Source: Candidatus Latescibacterota bacterium
GTDB taxonomy: Bacteria; Latescibacterota; UBA2968; UBA8231
Assembly (NCBI GenBank): GCA_020852055.1
Contig: JADZBP010000098.1
Span: 1,262-65,261 of the forward strand
Direction: 5' to 3'
Length of the DNA stretch: 64,000 nt
Position numbers and translations under genes: made by a program. A model generated the notes under the pieces. That model did no database searches and had not been told where the DNA came from. It worked only from the letters and a program-made list of their open reading frames with translations. How positions within the stretch are numbered: position 1 is the stretch's first letter; the number at the start of each line of letters is the position of its first letter. Shown here in pieces: positions 33,125 to 43,065 of the stretch.

Positions 33125-34156
33125 ATGACTCGCCAGATTGTCAGTCCCGAGCAACTCGATATGCAGAGCCCCGGCCGCCGCGACTACTGGGTCGCCCTGG
33201 GGCATACCAGCATCTGGGGCAGCCACCTCATTCCCCTGACGGTGATCGTGGGGCCGCAGGCCAAAGCCGGCGAGGGCCTGGTGGCCTTCGGCGGCAACCA
33301 CGGCAACGAATACGAGGGGCCGGTGGCGATCAAACACCTGCTGCGGGAGATCCGCACCGAAGACGTGCTGGGGCGCATCGTCCTGGTGCCGGTGCTCAAC
33401 GTGGCGGCCTTCCGCGTCGGCACCCGCGAGAGCACCGGGGACGACGGCTTCAACCTCAACCGCCTCTTTGTCGAGGGGGCCGGCACCACCCCGGCGATGG
33501 CCGGCATCACCCACCGCATCGTCGCCTTCATCCGCCAGGCGATCTGGCCCCATGTAGACATCTCCATCGACCTGCACTCGGGGGGCGAGGTGGCGCGTTT
33601 CACCCACTGGGCCGTGTGGTACTGCCAGGACGACCCCGCAGCGGACGCCCGCGGCGAGCAGATGGCGCGCTGGTTCGGCACGCAAGTGGTCATGGGATCG
33701 CGGGTCGGGTCGCCGGGGGGCACCTCAGCGGGCCTGTTCCAGGACGCCGTCAACCGCGGCAAGCTCGCCATCGCCACCGAGCTGGGTCACGGCTCCGCCG
33801 TCGACGTGCGCGGCGTGCGCTTCGCCCGCCAGGGCGTGCTGGCCGCCGCCATCCACAATAGCCACCTGCGCGGCACCATCGAGCCCATCGGGCACCACGC
33901 CGACGGCACCCAGTGCCTGGTGCGCGGGGCTGCCTCGGTGACGGCGCCCTACCCGGGGCACTACGAGCCGCTGGTGGACTGCGGCGAGCAGGTGGGCAAG
34001 GGCCAGACCGTGGGGCTGCTCCACGATTTCTACCGGCTCGACGAAGAGCCTTTCGCAGTCACCGCCGACGCGGCCGGCATCGTCGTGGCCCAGGCCTGGG
34101 GCGCCCGGGTGGAACAGGGCCAGCAGATCATGATGATCGGCGAGATAATCGGCTAG
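33125..34156 (+). CDS. succinylglutamate desuccinylase/aspartoacylase (AstE/AspA, M14-like) family deacylase
   Basis: The ATG at 33125 sits behind AAAGGAG. Zn-site-like motifs are GGNHGNEYEG and IDLHSGG. The overall length of about 343 aa is typical of DoeB/AstE-like proteins. Confidence 0.7.
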   Translation: MTRQIVSPEQLDMQSPGRRDYWVALGHTSIWGSHLIPLTVIVGPQAKAGEGLVAFGGNHGNEYEGPVAIKHLLREIRTEDVLGRIVLVPVLNVAAFRVGTRESTGDDGFNLNRLFVEGAGTTPAMAGITHRIVAFIRQAIWPHVDISIDLHSGGEVARFTHWAVWYCQDDPAADARGEQMARWFGTQVVMGSRVGSPGGTSAGLFQDAVNRGKLAIATELGHGSAVDVRGVRFARQGVLAAAIHNSHLRGTIEPIGHHADGTQCLVRGAASVTAPYPGHYEPLVDCGEQVGKGQTVGLLHDFYRLDEEPFAVTADAAGIVVAQAWGARVEQGQQIMMIGEIIG

Positions 34157-34162
34157 GAACCT

Positions 34163-34203
34163 GCCGCCCCCCTTGCACGGCGGCTAGCTGCAAGGGGGGC
34201 GGC
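34163..34203. terminator. strong bidirectional hairpin between convergent genes
   Basis: The perfect 15-bp stem gccgccccccttgca / tgcaaggggggcggc has an 11-nt loop. Confidence 0.75.
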
Positions 34204-34252
34204 AAGGTTTCAGGCGCGGGCCTGGTCCCAAAAGAGACTTTTCAGCCAGGCC

Positions 34253-35395
34253 CTAGCCCCGGAGTTTGGCGGCGGCGATTTCACCCACGGCGGCGATCAG
34301 CGCGTCGAGTTCCTCCTGGGTGGTGAAGAAGGAGACCGAAACCCGGACCCCGCTGAACTTCAGGCCGGTGGGGCGGGTGATGATCTTGCGGGCGCGCAGT
34401 TCGGTGGAGATATGCGGCCCCTCGACGCCTTCGACGCGGAAGGTGACGACGCCGGTGCACATCCCCGGGTCCTGCGGGTTTTCGATGACCAGCCCGGGCA
34501 CGGCCTTTTCCAGGTCGCGCCGGAGTTTGGTCGCCAGTCCGTTCACCTGCGCCTCGATCTGGGGGATGCCCAACTGCTGGAGGTAGTTGGTCGCTGCCGC
34601 GCTGGCATGGTAGTAGGCCGGGGGGACGGCGGCGAACTCGAAGCGGCGCGCCCCCGAGGAGCCGAAGTAGTTGGCGCTCGAGGGCACGACGCGCAGCCGG
34701 TCCTGCCACGATTTCTCCACATAGAGCGCCCCGGCGGTGTAGGGGCCGTACATCCATTTATAGACCAGCAGGCTGTAGAAGTCGGCGCCCAACTGGGACA
34801 CGTCTACCGGGAACTGCCCCAGGGACTGGGCCCCGTCGTAGAGTACGGGCACCCCGTGTTGGTGGGCCAGTTCGACGATGGCCCGCGCCGGCAGGCGGGT
34901 GCCGGTGTCGGTGGTGACGTGGCTGAGGGCCAGCAGCCGGGTCCTGGGGGTGATCAGGGCCTCCAGGCGCTGCAGGATCTGGGCCTCGCTGCCGCCGATG
35001 GGCAGGTAGTGGAGCTTCACCCCGTTGGCGGCGATGAGGCGCTCGGCGGGGATCTTGACCGCCGGATGCTCTTCGTCGGTGAGGATGAGTTCGTCGCCGG
35101 CCTGCCAATCGATGCCGTTGAACACCGTGGTGGTGCCGTCGGCCACCCCGTGGGTCAGACAGAGGTCGACGGCTTCGACGCCGCAGAAGGCGGCCAGGTG
35201 CTGCCGCGCCGCTTCCAGGCGCTCGGCGTAGCGCTGGTAGTCCATGATCAGCGGCGGGCCGTGCTGGCCGATAGCCTGGAATTCGCCCACCAGGCTATCG
35301 GTGACCACCCCCAGGCTGGGGGCGATGCCGCCGGTATTGAGGTAGATACATTCGCGGGTCACGGGCAGCTGGGCGCGGATTGCAGCGATATCCAT
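34253..35395 (-). CDS. class V aminotransferase-fold PLP-dependent enzyme (cysteine desulfurase / epimerase-like)
   Basis: The ORF is trimmed to MDIAAIRAQLPVTRECIYLNTGGIAPS, with RBS AGGAGA. ALSHVTTDTGTRLP and the YSLLVYKWMYGP region are consistent with the PLP-Lys segment. Confidence 0.8.
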   Translation of the reverse strand: MDIAAIRAQLPVTRECIYLNTGGIAPSLGVVTDSLVGEFQAIGQHGPPLIMDYQRYAERLEAARQHLAAFCGVEAVDLCLTHGVADGTTTVFNGIDWQAGDELILTDEEHPAVKIPAERLIAANGVKLHYLPIGGSEAQILQRLEALITPRTRLLALSHVTTDTGTRLPARAIVELAHQHGVPVLYDGAQSLGQFPVDVSQLGADFYSLLVYKWMYGPYTAGALYVEKSWQDRLRVVPSSANYFGSSGARRFEFAAVPPAYYHASAAATNYLQQLGIPQIEAQVNGLATKLRRDLEKAVPGLVIENPQDPGMCTGVVTFRVEGVEGPHISTELRARKIITRPTGLKFSGVRVSVSFFTTQEELDALIAAVGEIAAAKLRG

Positions 35396-35414
35396 AAGGT
35401 CTCCTGTGGGCCTC

Positions 35415-36344
35415 TCAGCCCTGCAGTAGTTCGGGGTAGTTGCGGCGGCACCATTGCCGCAGGGCCTCCACGTCTTCGCGGGTGGCCGAAGGATAGGGAT
35501 TGCGGTTGCGCAGGCCGGCCTGCAACAGATTGCCGGCCTGGACACCGGCCCGCTCGGCGGCGGTGTCGGCGCAGCCGCGCGCGTTGAGTTGCAGGGCGAG
35601 GAAGCGCTGCAGGGCGGCCAGCCGCGGTGCGGCCTGCTCCAGGGCCGGCCAGTCCTGTTCCTGCAGGCGTGCCCACAGCCCTAACACCAGGCGCGGGGCC
35701 CAGCCCATCAGCGAGCTGCAACTGCCCCGCACCCCGCGAGGTCCCAGCTGCGCCCACCACTGTTCCCCGGCAAAGACATTGACGAATTCGCCCAGGGCCC
35801 GGCACCCTTCGGGCTCCAGCCCCACCGTGCCGGTGGTGGCGCAGACCATCAGATAATTGGGCACGGTCTCCTTGATGGCGTGGTGCTGGTACACGGTGAG
35901 CACCTTTTTGGCCCGCAGGGTGTCGCAGATGGCCAGGGCCATGGAACCGGCGGCCTGCCCCACTTCCTTGAAGAAAGAGACCACCTGTTCCTCGCCCACC
36001 TCGGCCCAGTAGGGCAGGGCGACCATCGCCGCATCGGCGCCCACCCCGGCGGCGAACTCGGCCCGGCGCAGCGCCCCCAGGGTGTAGGTGGAGGTGCAAT
36101 CGACCATAGCCGGTTTGCCCTGGCTGTGGGCGGCCTCGACCAGGGCGCGGGTCAGCAGCTGGAACTCGTCGAACTCCACTGCATAGGCCTCGCCTGTAGG
36201 GCCGCCGGTGTACACGCCGGGAGCGCCGGCCTGGCAGCAACGGGCCACGTCGGCCCGGAAGCGCTCTTCATCCACGCCGTCCTCGTCGGTCCAGGCCAGG
36301 GGCACGGCGGCCCAGGGGCCGGTGAAGGTGGCGCGCCTCAGCAT
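35415..36344 (-). CDS. dihydrodipicolinate synthase / N-acetylneuraminate lyase (DapA-like) family aldolase
   Basis: 309 aa with GVYTGGPTGEAYAVEFDEF and AMVALPYW. A candidate Schiff-base Lys lies in HHAIKET. Confidence 0.7.
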   Translation of the reverse strand: MLRRATFTGPWAAVPLAWTDEDGVDEERFRADVARCCQAGAPGVYTGGPTGEAYAVEFDEFQLLTRALVEAAHSQGKPAMVDCTSTYTLGALRRAEFAAGVGADAAMVALPYWAEVGEEQVVSFFKEVGQAAGSMALAICDTLRAKKVLTVYQHHAIKETVPNYLMVCATTGTVGLEPEGCRALGEFVNVFAGEQWWAQLGPRGVRGSCSSLMGWAPRLVLGLWARLQEQDWPALEQAAPRLAALQRFLALQLNARGCADTAAERAGVQAGNLLQAGLRNRNPYPSATREDVEALRQWCRRNYPELLQG

Positions 36345-36430
36345 GGCTTGCTGGTCGGTCGGGGGAGGTGCATCGTATATTCCATGCCTTAGAAAGTAAC
36401 GACAACCAGCGGGAGAGAAATAGGGGCCTC

Positions 36431-37399
36431 ATGCAAAAAAAGGGATTGGGCCGTTCCGGGGTGGAAGTGGGCATCGTCGGACTGGGGGCCGCCTTCATCG
36501 GAGTGCCCCGGGCCGAACTGGCCCCCAGGATTTACGGCGGCCAGCCGCAGCACATGGATCTGGAGCTGGGGGTACAGGCGGTACACGCGGCCCTGGAAGC
36601 CGGCGGGACCCTGATCGACACCGCGCCCCTGTACGGGGATTTCCGCAGCGAGGAACTGATCGGCCGCGCCCTGCGCGAGCGGCCCGACCTGGCGGCCGGC
36701 TGCACTGTGACCACCAAGGTGGGGCGGATCTACGCCGGCTACGATTTCTCCTACGACGCGGTGATGCGCAGCGTGGAGGCGAGCCAGCGGCGCCTGGGCC
36801 TGGAACGCTTCGCGGTGCTCTATATCCACGACCCCATGGGTTGGCCCATGGCGCAGATCCTGGGTCCGGATCGGGCGCTGGGTGCCCTGCGCCGGCTGCA
36901 GGCGCAGGGGGTCGTCAAGGCGGTGGGCATCGCCGCCAACGAGCCGGACACCAACGCGCCCTATATCGAGACCGGGGAGTTCGATGCGGCCGTGGTGCCC
37001 GAGGCGTGGAGCCTGCTCAACCAGAAGGGCCTGGAGCGCATCCTGCCGGCGGCGGTGCGCCACAACGTGGGGTTGGTGGTGGCCACCCCCCTGGAGCGGG
37101 GCCTGCTGGCCACCGGGCCGCAGCCGGGCACCGATTATCTGGCCCGGCGTTTCAGTGCGCGGCTGCTCGACCGGGTATCGCAGATCCAGGCGCTGTGCCG
37201 CGAGCACCACATTCCTCTGGCCGCCGCGGCCCTGCAGTGGTGCACCCGCCATCCGCAGGTGGCGGCCACCATCCCCGGGGCCCGCACCGCCGAGGAGGCC
37301 CGCGACAACACCCTGGCCGGGCAGGTGCTCATCCCCGAGGCCTTCTGGCAGGAGCTGGAGCCGCTGGTGCAGCACTGGGAGAGCGGGGTGGATCGGTGA
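36431..37399 (+). CDS. aldo/keto reductase
   Basis: The ATG at 36431 starts MQKKGLGRSGVEVGIVGLGAAF. Other AKR blocks are IDTAPLYGDFRSEELIG, VLYIHDP and GIAANEP. Confidence 0.88.
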   Translation: MQKKGLGRSGVEVGIVGLGAAFIGVPRAELAPRIYGGQPQHMDLELGVQAVHAALEAGGTLIDTAPLYGDFRSEELIGRALRERPDLAAGCTVTTKVGRIYAGYDFSYDAVMRSVEASQRRLGLERFAVLYIHDPMGWPMAQILGPDRALGALRRLQAQGVVKAVGIAANEPDTNAPYIETGEFDAAVVPEAWSLLNQKGLERILPAAVRHNVGLVVATPLERGLLATGPQPGTDYLARRFSARLLDRVSQIQALCREHHIPLAAAALQWCTRHPQVAATIPGARTAEEARDNTLAGQVLIPEAFWQELEPLVQHWESGVDR

Positions 37400-39999
37400 G
37401 GCTGCGGTGGGGGGCGCTGCTGCTGCTCCCATCGCTCCTGTGGGCGGCGGGGGATGACCTGCGCCTGGGGCGGGAGGTGGTGCCGATTGAAGAGCGGATC
37501 GAACTGCGCCTCGACCCCGCAGATACCACGTATACCGGCGCCGTGGCCATTGCCCTGCGCGCCGAGCAGTCCACCCGCAGCTTCCGCTTTCACGCCGAGG
37601 ACCTGTCCATCACCAGGCTGGAACTGCGGGAGGGGGAGGTGCAGGTGCCACTGCAATGGCACCTGGGCCAGACCGGGCTGGTGGAGGTCCGCGCCGAGGC
37701 CGCGCTCTCGCCCGCGCGCCAGTACCAACTCCGCATCGACTTCGCCAACAACTACGATACCCGGGCCCTGGGCCTGTACAAGGTGGAAACCGGAGGCCAG
37801 GCCTATCTGTTCACCCAGTTCGAGGCCTGGTACGCGCGCCAGGCCTTTCCCTGCTGGGATGAGCCCGGTTTCAAGATTCCCTACCAGCTGGTCCTCTGCG
37901 TGCCGGCAGACCTGAGGGCGGTGGCCAACACCCCGGTCGAGGGGGAGCGGATGGTCGCCGGTTGGCGGGAATTGACCTTCAAAAAGACGCCGCCCCTGCC
38001 TTCCTACTTGCTGGCGCTGGCGGTGGGGCCGCTGGAGGAGGTTCCCATCCCCGGCCTCTCAGTGCCCGGACAGGTGGTCACCACGGCGGGCAACACTCGC
38101 CTGGCCGCCGAAGTCCTGCGCCTAACCCCGCCGGTCCTGCAGGCCCTGGAGGCCTATTTCGGCTCGGCGTACCCGTACGAGAAACTGGACCTGATCGGGG
38201 TGCCCGAGTTCCTGGCCGGGGCCATGGAGAACCCCGGCGCGGTGACCTTCAGGGACGAGATCCTCCTGCTCGACCCGCAGGCCACTAGCCCGGCCCAGCG
38301 GCAGCGGCTGGGCATCATCCTCACCCACGAACTGGCCCATATGTGGTTTGGCGACCTGGTTACCATGGCCTGGTGGGACGATCTGTGGCTGAATGAGTCT
38401 TTTGCCGATTGGCTGGCGTACAAGCTGGCCGACGGGCTTTTCTCCGAGTACGGCATCGGCGTCACCGAGCTACAGGAGGTGCAGTGGGCCATGCGGGAGG
38501 ACGCCCAACTGGCGGTGCGGGCCATCCGGCAGCCGGTCGGCCCCGCCGACAACCCCGGTCAGCTCTTCGACGATCTGGCCTACGAGAAGGGTCGGGCGGT
38601 GCTGGGCATGTTCGAGCATTGGATGGGGCCCGAGCCCTTCCGCCGCGGGGTGATCGCCTATCTGCAGGCCCACGCCCAGGGCAACGCAGTGGCCGGGGAC
38701 CTGTGGGCCGTCCTGTCGCGGGAGGCCGGCCGGGAATTGGGCCCGGCCATGTCCACCTTTCTCGATCAGCCCGGCATCCCCCTGGTCAGCGCCGAGTTGC
38801 TGCCCGGCCACCGGGTGCGGCTCCGCCAGCAGCGCTACCTCAGGCCCGGGGCCTGGGCGCCGGCGGCGCAGTGGCAGATCCCCGTGGTCCTCAAAGACCC
38901 GGATGGCGACTCGCTGCGCACCCAGCAGTTGCTGTTCAGCCAGTCCACCCAGCTCTGCACCCTGGCGACCTCGGCGCAGCCGGCCTGGGTCCATGCCAAT
39001 GCCGGGGAAAGGGGGTACTACCGCTGGCAGGTGCCCCCGGCGATGCTGGCCGAGCTGGCCGGGCATGCCCAGGCCCTGTTGACTCCCCGCGAGCGGGTGG
39101 GGTTGATCGACCATCTGGCTGCCCTGCTGGACGGAGGCCAGCTCGACGCCCGGACCTACCTCCAGGCCCTGGAGGGTTTTGCCGGTGATCCCCAGCCCGA
39201 GGTGCTGCTGGCGTTGATCGGTGCCGTGGCGGCCGTCGGGGAGAATTTTGCCGCCGAAACCGCTGGCCGAGAAACCGCCTATGCCCGCTACGTGCGGAAG
39301 ATGCTGGCCCCGGCGCTCGCCCGTTACGGCCTGGTCCGGGATCCGGCGGAGGCCGAGACCGTCTCGCTCTTGCGGCCCAAGCTGATCGAATCCCTGGGCA
39401 TCCGAGGCAGAGATCCCCAGGTGGGTGCCTTTGCGGATTCCCTGGCCCTGGCCTATGGCCGCGATCCGGCCGCCGTCGATCCGGCCCTGGCCGGGGCGGC
39501 GCTGCGGGTGGCGGCCTTTCGGGGCGACCGGGCGGGGTTTGCGCAGTTGAGGATGAGGTTCGAGGCAGCGGCCTTGCCCGTTGAGCGCGCCCAGTACCTC
39601 GATGCCCTGGGCCGCTTCGCCGACCCGCAGGCGGTGGAGGCGGTGCTGGAGTACGTATTGAGCGGTCCGCTCCGGCCCCAGGAGTACCTGGAGGTTCCCT
39701 TCACCCTGGCCGAGAAGGTCCCGTCGAACCGCGACCGGGTCTTTGCCTGGATGCAGGCGCACTATGCGACCCTCGCCGCCCGCATCCCGCCCGAGGACGC
39801 GGCGTACCTGCCCTGGCTGGCCGACGGGGCGTCGCCGGCGCGCCTCGAGGCGGCGCAGCGCTTCTTTGCCGATCCGGCCCATGCCCCGGCAGGCACGGAA
39901 AAGGAGTTGGAAAAGATGACTGAACTGGTGCACCAGCGCCTGCAATTGCGGGAGCGCGAAGGTCGGGCGGTGAGCGCCTATCTGGAGGGATTGAGATGA
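37396..39999 (+). CDS. secreted M1-family aminopeptidase (aminopeptidase N-like)
   Basis: The GTG start overlaps the AKR stop (GTGA). The signal peptide is LRWGALLLLPSLLWAAG. It has GAMENPG and the zincin motif HELAHMWFGDLVTMAWWDDLWLNESFA. The listed 1052-aa ORF has a spurious N-terminal extension across the AKR gene. Confidence 0.9.
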   Translation: MRLRWGALLLLPSLLWAAGDDLRLGREVVPIEERIELRLDPADTTYTGAVAIALRAEQSTRSFRFHAEDLSITRLELREGEVQVPLQWHLGQTGLVEVRAEAALSPARQYQLRIDFANNYDTRALGLYKVETGGQAYLFTQFEAWYARQAFPCWDEPGFKIPYQLVLCVPADLRAVANTPVEGERMVAGWRELTFKKTPPLPSYLLALAVGPLEEVPIPGLSVPGQVVTTAGNTRLAAEVLRLTPPVLQALEAYFGSAYPYEKLDLIGVPEFLAGAMENPGAVTFRDEILLLDPQATSPAQRQRLGIILTHELAHMWFGDLVTMAWWDDLWLNESFADWLAYKLADGLFSEYGIGVTELQEVQWAMREDAQLAVRAIRQPVGPADNPGQLFDDLAYEKGRAVLGMFEHWMGPEPFRRGVIAYLQAHAQGNAVAGDLWAVLSREAGRELGPAMSTFLDQPGIPLVSAELLPGHRVRLRQQRYLRPGAWAPAAQWQIPVVLKDPDGDSLRTQQLLFSQSTQLCTLATSAQPAWVHANAGERGYYRWQVPPAMLAELAGHAQALLTPRERVGLIDHLAALLDGGQLDARTYLQALEGFAGDPQPEVLLALIGAVAAVGENFAAETAGRETAYARYVRKMLAPALARYGLVRDPAEAETVSLLRPKLIESLGIRGRDPQVGAFADSLALAYGRDPAAVDPALAGAALRVAAFRGDRAGFAQLRMRFEAAALPVERAQYLDALGRFADPQAVEAVLEYVLSGPLRPQEYLEVPFTLAEKVPSNRDRVFAWMQAHYATLAARIPPEDAAYLPWLADGASPARLEAAQRFFADPAHAPAGTEKELEKMTELVHQRLQLREREGRAVSAYLEGLR

Positions 40000-41120
40000 T
40001 CGTCGATTCCCATGTCTACTGCTTCGAACCGGCCGATTCCCCGGCCGGCCATGCCAGCGCCGCCGAACACCTGCGCTGGTTGCAGGCGGCCCACGCCGGC
40101 CATCATCAGCCGGCCTGGCGAATCCGCGACCGGGCGCCGGCCTCCTCGCGTCCCCTCGACCCGGAGGGTCGCCACGACCTGGCCCACCTCCCCGAGGTGC
40201 AATTCCGCGCCGACCGGCAACGGGGCCGGGTGGTGTGGACCGCGGTGGGCGAGGACTATACCAAACAGTTCTATCCGCCCAACCTGCGCGACCTGGAATA
40301 CACCCCCCACAGCCTGATCGGGGAGATGGACTACGCCGGGGTGGACGTGGCCCTGCTGCACACCGACCCCATGCTGGGGCGCGACAGCGCCTTCCTGGGC
40401 GAATGTGTGCGCCTCTATCCGGAGCGCCTGCGCTCCATGGCCCCGGTGGACGAATGGCGCATCCGCACCCAGACCGAGGCGGTGATCGAGGAGTTGCGCA
40501 CCGCCCTCGAGGTGCACGGCCTGCACGCCATCAAATTCATCCCGCCCCTGGCCTACCTCGACCGCCCGGCCCCCTGGGACGACGGGTTTTACCGGCCCTT
40601 CTGGGAGGCGGCCCTCTCCTTTGGCGTGCCGGTCTTCTTCACCCTGGGCAGCGGACCCGAAGATCTGTCGGGGCGGGAGCGCTCGCCGGCCGAGCAGCGG
40701 CAAGGCTATCTCGACGAGCTGGCCATCCTGAAACGCTGGATGGAGCGCTACCCGCAGGCCGTGTGCAGCCTGACCCACGGGTTCCCCTGGCGGGCCTTTC
40801 TGGAGGGGGACCGCATCGAACTGCCCGAAGCCATCTGGGAGGCCTTCGCCCATCCCAACCTCCATCTGGAGGTGTGTTTCCCGGTGCGGCTGGGGGATCT
40901 CTTCGACTACCCTTATCGCGAGGTGTGGCCCACCCTGGCCGAGCTGGTGGAGCGCCTCGGGGCCCAGCGCCTGTTGTGGGGCACGGACATGCCCTTCCAG
41001 AACCGCTTCTGCACCTACCGCCAGTCGCGGGCCTGGATCGAGAAATACTGTGATTTCCTCCGCCCCGAGCAGCTCGCCGCAATCATGGGCGGCACCGCTG
41101 CCCGTCTGCTGGGCCTTTGA
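39996..41120 (+). CDS. amidohydrolase_2 (PF04909-like, ACMSD/TIM-barrel metal hydrolase) family protein
   Basis: Its ATG overlaps the M1 stop (ATGA). Motifs are MIVDSHVY, HAIKF and LLWGTDMPF. Confidence 0.75.
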   Translation: MIVDSHVYCFEPADSPAGHASAAEHLRWLQAAHAGHHQPAWRIRDRAPASSRPLDPEGRHDLAHLPEVQFRADRQRGRVVWTAVGEDYTKQFYPPNLRDLEYTPHSLIGEMDYAGVDVALLHTDPMLGRDSAFLGECVRLYPERLRSMAPVDEWRIRTQTEAVIEELRTALEVHGLHAIKFIPPLAYLDRPAPWDDGFYRPFWEAALSFGVPVFFTLGSGPEDLSGRERSPAEQRQGYLDELAILKRWMERYPQAVCSLTHGFPWRAFLEGDRIELPEAIWEAFAHPNLHLEVCFPVRLGDLFDYPYREVWPTLAELVERLGAQRLLWGTDMPFQNRFCTYRQSRAWIEKYCDFLRPEQLAAIMGGTAARLLGL

Positions 41121-41134
41121 AAGGAGCAATGCCG

Positions 41135-41950
41135 ATGTCTGCAATCGAGATCGCTGCCATCGATGTACACGCCCACTACGGGGTGTACGATCGCCGGGAA
41201 ACCACCTCCCTGGAGAATCAGTTCATGACCGGGGACCCGGCAGTGGTGGTGGCGCGGGCGCGGCAGGCCCGCACGGCCCTGACCATCGTCTCGCCGCTCC
41301 TGGGGCTCTTCCCGCGCGGCGGGGCCGACGCGGTGGCCGGCAACGAGGAGGCCGCCGCCCTGGTGCCCCGCTTCCCCGAACTGCGCTGGTGGGTCGTCGT
41401 GCATCCCCTGCAGCCGCAGACCTACGAGCAGGCCCGCCGACTCCTGGCCACCCCGCAGTGTGTGGGCCTCAAGATCCATCCCGAGGAACACCAGTACCCC
41501 ATCGCCGACCACGGCAGCGCGCTCTTCGCCTTTGCCGCCGAACAGGAGGCGGTGATCATGGCCCACAGCGGCGACCCGCTCAGCGCCCCGGCGGCGTACC
41601 TGCCTTTCGCCGATGCCTTTCCGGCGGTGAAGGTGATCCTGGCCCACCTGGGCAATGGCGGGGCCGCCGGCAATCGCCCGGACTTACAGGTTAAGGCCAT
41701 CCAGGCCAGCCGGCACGGCAACGTGTATACCGATACCTCCAGCGCCCGCAGCCTGATGCCCGGCCTCATCGAATGGGCCGCCGGCCAGGTGGGGGCCGAC
41801 AAATTGCTCTACGGCACCGATACCCCGCTCTACTTCGCCCCTTCCCAGCGGGCCCGCATCGATGCCGCCGAATTGAGCGATGCCGACAAGCAGCTCATCC
41901 TGCGCGACAACGCCCGGCGTCTGCTGGGCGATAAGGTCGCCTCTGCCTGA
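41135..41950 (+). CDS. amidohydrolase_2 family protein (second copy)
   Basis: The RBS AAAGGAG is followed by ATG at 41135 (41129 is also possible). Motifs are IDVHAHYG, KIHPEEH, ILAHLGNG and LLYGTDTPLY. Confidence 0.75.
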   Translation: MSAIEIAAIDVHAHYGVYDRRETTSLENQFMTGDPAVVVARARQARTALTIVSPLLGLFPRGGADAVAGNEEAAALVPRFPELRWWVVVHPLQPQTYEQARRLLATPQCVGLKIHPEEHQYPIADHGSALFAFAAEQEAVIMAHSGDPLSAPAAYLPFADAFPAVKVILAHLGNGGAAGNRPDLQVKAIQASRHGNVYTDTSSARSLMPGLIEWAAGQVGADKLLYGTDTPLYFAPSQRARIDAAELSDADKQLILRDNARRLLGDKVASA

Positions 41951-41963
41951 AAAGGAGCCCCCC

Positions 41964-43055
41964 GTGCGCAAAATCGAAGACATCGTCATCTACGAGGACG
42001 AGCAGTTCTACGCCGCCTTTCCCTCGGTGGTCTCGCGGCCGGACGGGGAGTTGCTGGTGGTCTTCAGGAGGGCTCCCGAGCGCCGCCGTTTCGGCGCGCC
42101 TGGCTGCACCCACGCCGATCCCAACAGCTACCTGGTGCTGGTGCGCTCGCGCGACCTGGGCCAGAGCTGGTCAACCGAGCCGGAGCTGATCTACGCCCAT
42201 CCCTTTGGCGGCTCGCAGGACCCCTGCCTTATCGACCTGGACGACGGCACCCTGCTGGTGGCCAGCTACGCCTGGATGCTCTTGCCCGAGGAGGGGGTGG
42301 GCCAGGCCGAAGCCCATTCGCTGCACCAGGTCTTTGGCTGGAAGTTCACCTTCCTGGGCGGTTATCTGATGCGCTCCTACGACGCCGGCCATAGCTGGGA
42401 GGGGCCCATCCTGCCCCCGCAGCTGGAGGACCAGGCCACCTGTTATCCGGGGTTGCCGGTGCCGGCGATGAACCGGGGCGCCCTGCTGCAGGGCAGCGAC
42501 GGGCTGGTCTACTGGGCGGTGGCCACTGCACCCCGAGACAAACCCGGGCAGACGGCCCTGGACCTGCTGGTCTCCTCCACCTGGGGCGAGACCTGGGAGC
42601 ACCGGGGCCGCATCGCCGCCGACGACCGGGTGGTGTTCAACGAGACCTCGCTGATCGAAACCGTCGGGGGGGATCTGGTGGCCCTGGTGCGCACCGCCGG
42701 GTACCAGGACCACGGGGTGGTGGTGCGCTCGACCGACCGGGGGCAGAGCTGGGAACCCTGGAAGGATATGGGGGTCATCGGCCATCCCTATCAGGCCCTG
42801 CGTCTGGACGACGGCTGTTTCCTGCTGGTCTACGGGTACCGCCACGAGCCGTACGGCATCCGCGCCCGCCTGCTCGACCCTGGCTGCCGCGATTTCACCG
42901 GGCCCGAGCTGGTGCTGCGCGACGACGGGGGCAGCGGCGACCTGGGTTATCCCTGGGCCTGCCAGTTGGCCGATGGGCGGGTGCTGGTGACCTATTACTT
43001 CAACCGCGGCGATGGGACCCGCCATATCGCCGGCACCTTCCTCGAGGTGGACTGA
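41964..43055 (+). CDS. BNR-repeat (sialidase-fold, exo-alpha-sialidase-like) protein, no signal peptide
   Basis: The GTG at 41964 lies 6 nt after AAAGGAG. There are four Asp-box-like motifs (SRDLGQSW, SYDAGHSW, SSTWGETW, STDRGQSW). The N-terminus VRKIEDIVIYEDEQFYAAFP is not signal-like. Confidence 0.75.
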   Translation: MRKIEDIVIYEDEQFYAAFPSVVSRPDGELLVVFRRAPERRRFGAPGCTHADPNSYLVLVRSRDLGQSWSTEPELIYAHPFGGSQDPCLIDLDDGTLLVASYAWMLLPEEGVGQAEAHSLHQVFGWKFTFLGGYLMRSYDAGHSWEGPILPPQLEDQATCYPGLPVPAMNRGALLQGSDGLVYWAVATAPRDKPGQTALDLLVSSTWGETWEHRGRIAADDRVVFNETSLIETVGGDLVALVRTAGYQDHGVVVRSTDRGQSWEPWKDMGVIGHPYQALRLDDGCFLLVYGYRHEPYGIRARLLDPGCRDFTGPELVLRDDGGSGDLGYPWACQLADGRVLVTYYFNRGDGTRHIAGTFLEVD

Positions 43056-43065
43056 GGTCCGCGTT

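Noticed and set aside
36841-37395. N-terminal extensions of listed ORFs: 36841 for the M1 peptidase, 45511 for DUF2961, 8382 for the enolase, 13379 for tolB, 15295 for cpoB, 14795 for pal, and 6769, 11647, 24796, 29036 and 35545 on the minus strand.
   Set aside because: The extensions overlap the preceding, well-supported genes and translate to Arg/Pro/Gly-rich junk. Internal starts give proper signal peptides and/or Shine-Dalgarno sequences, so I trimmed the coordinates.
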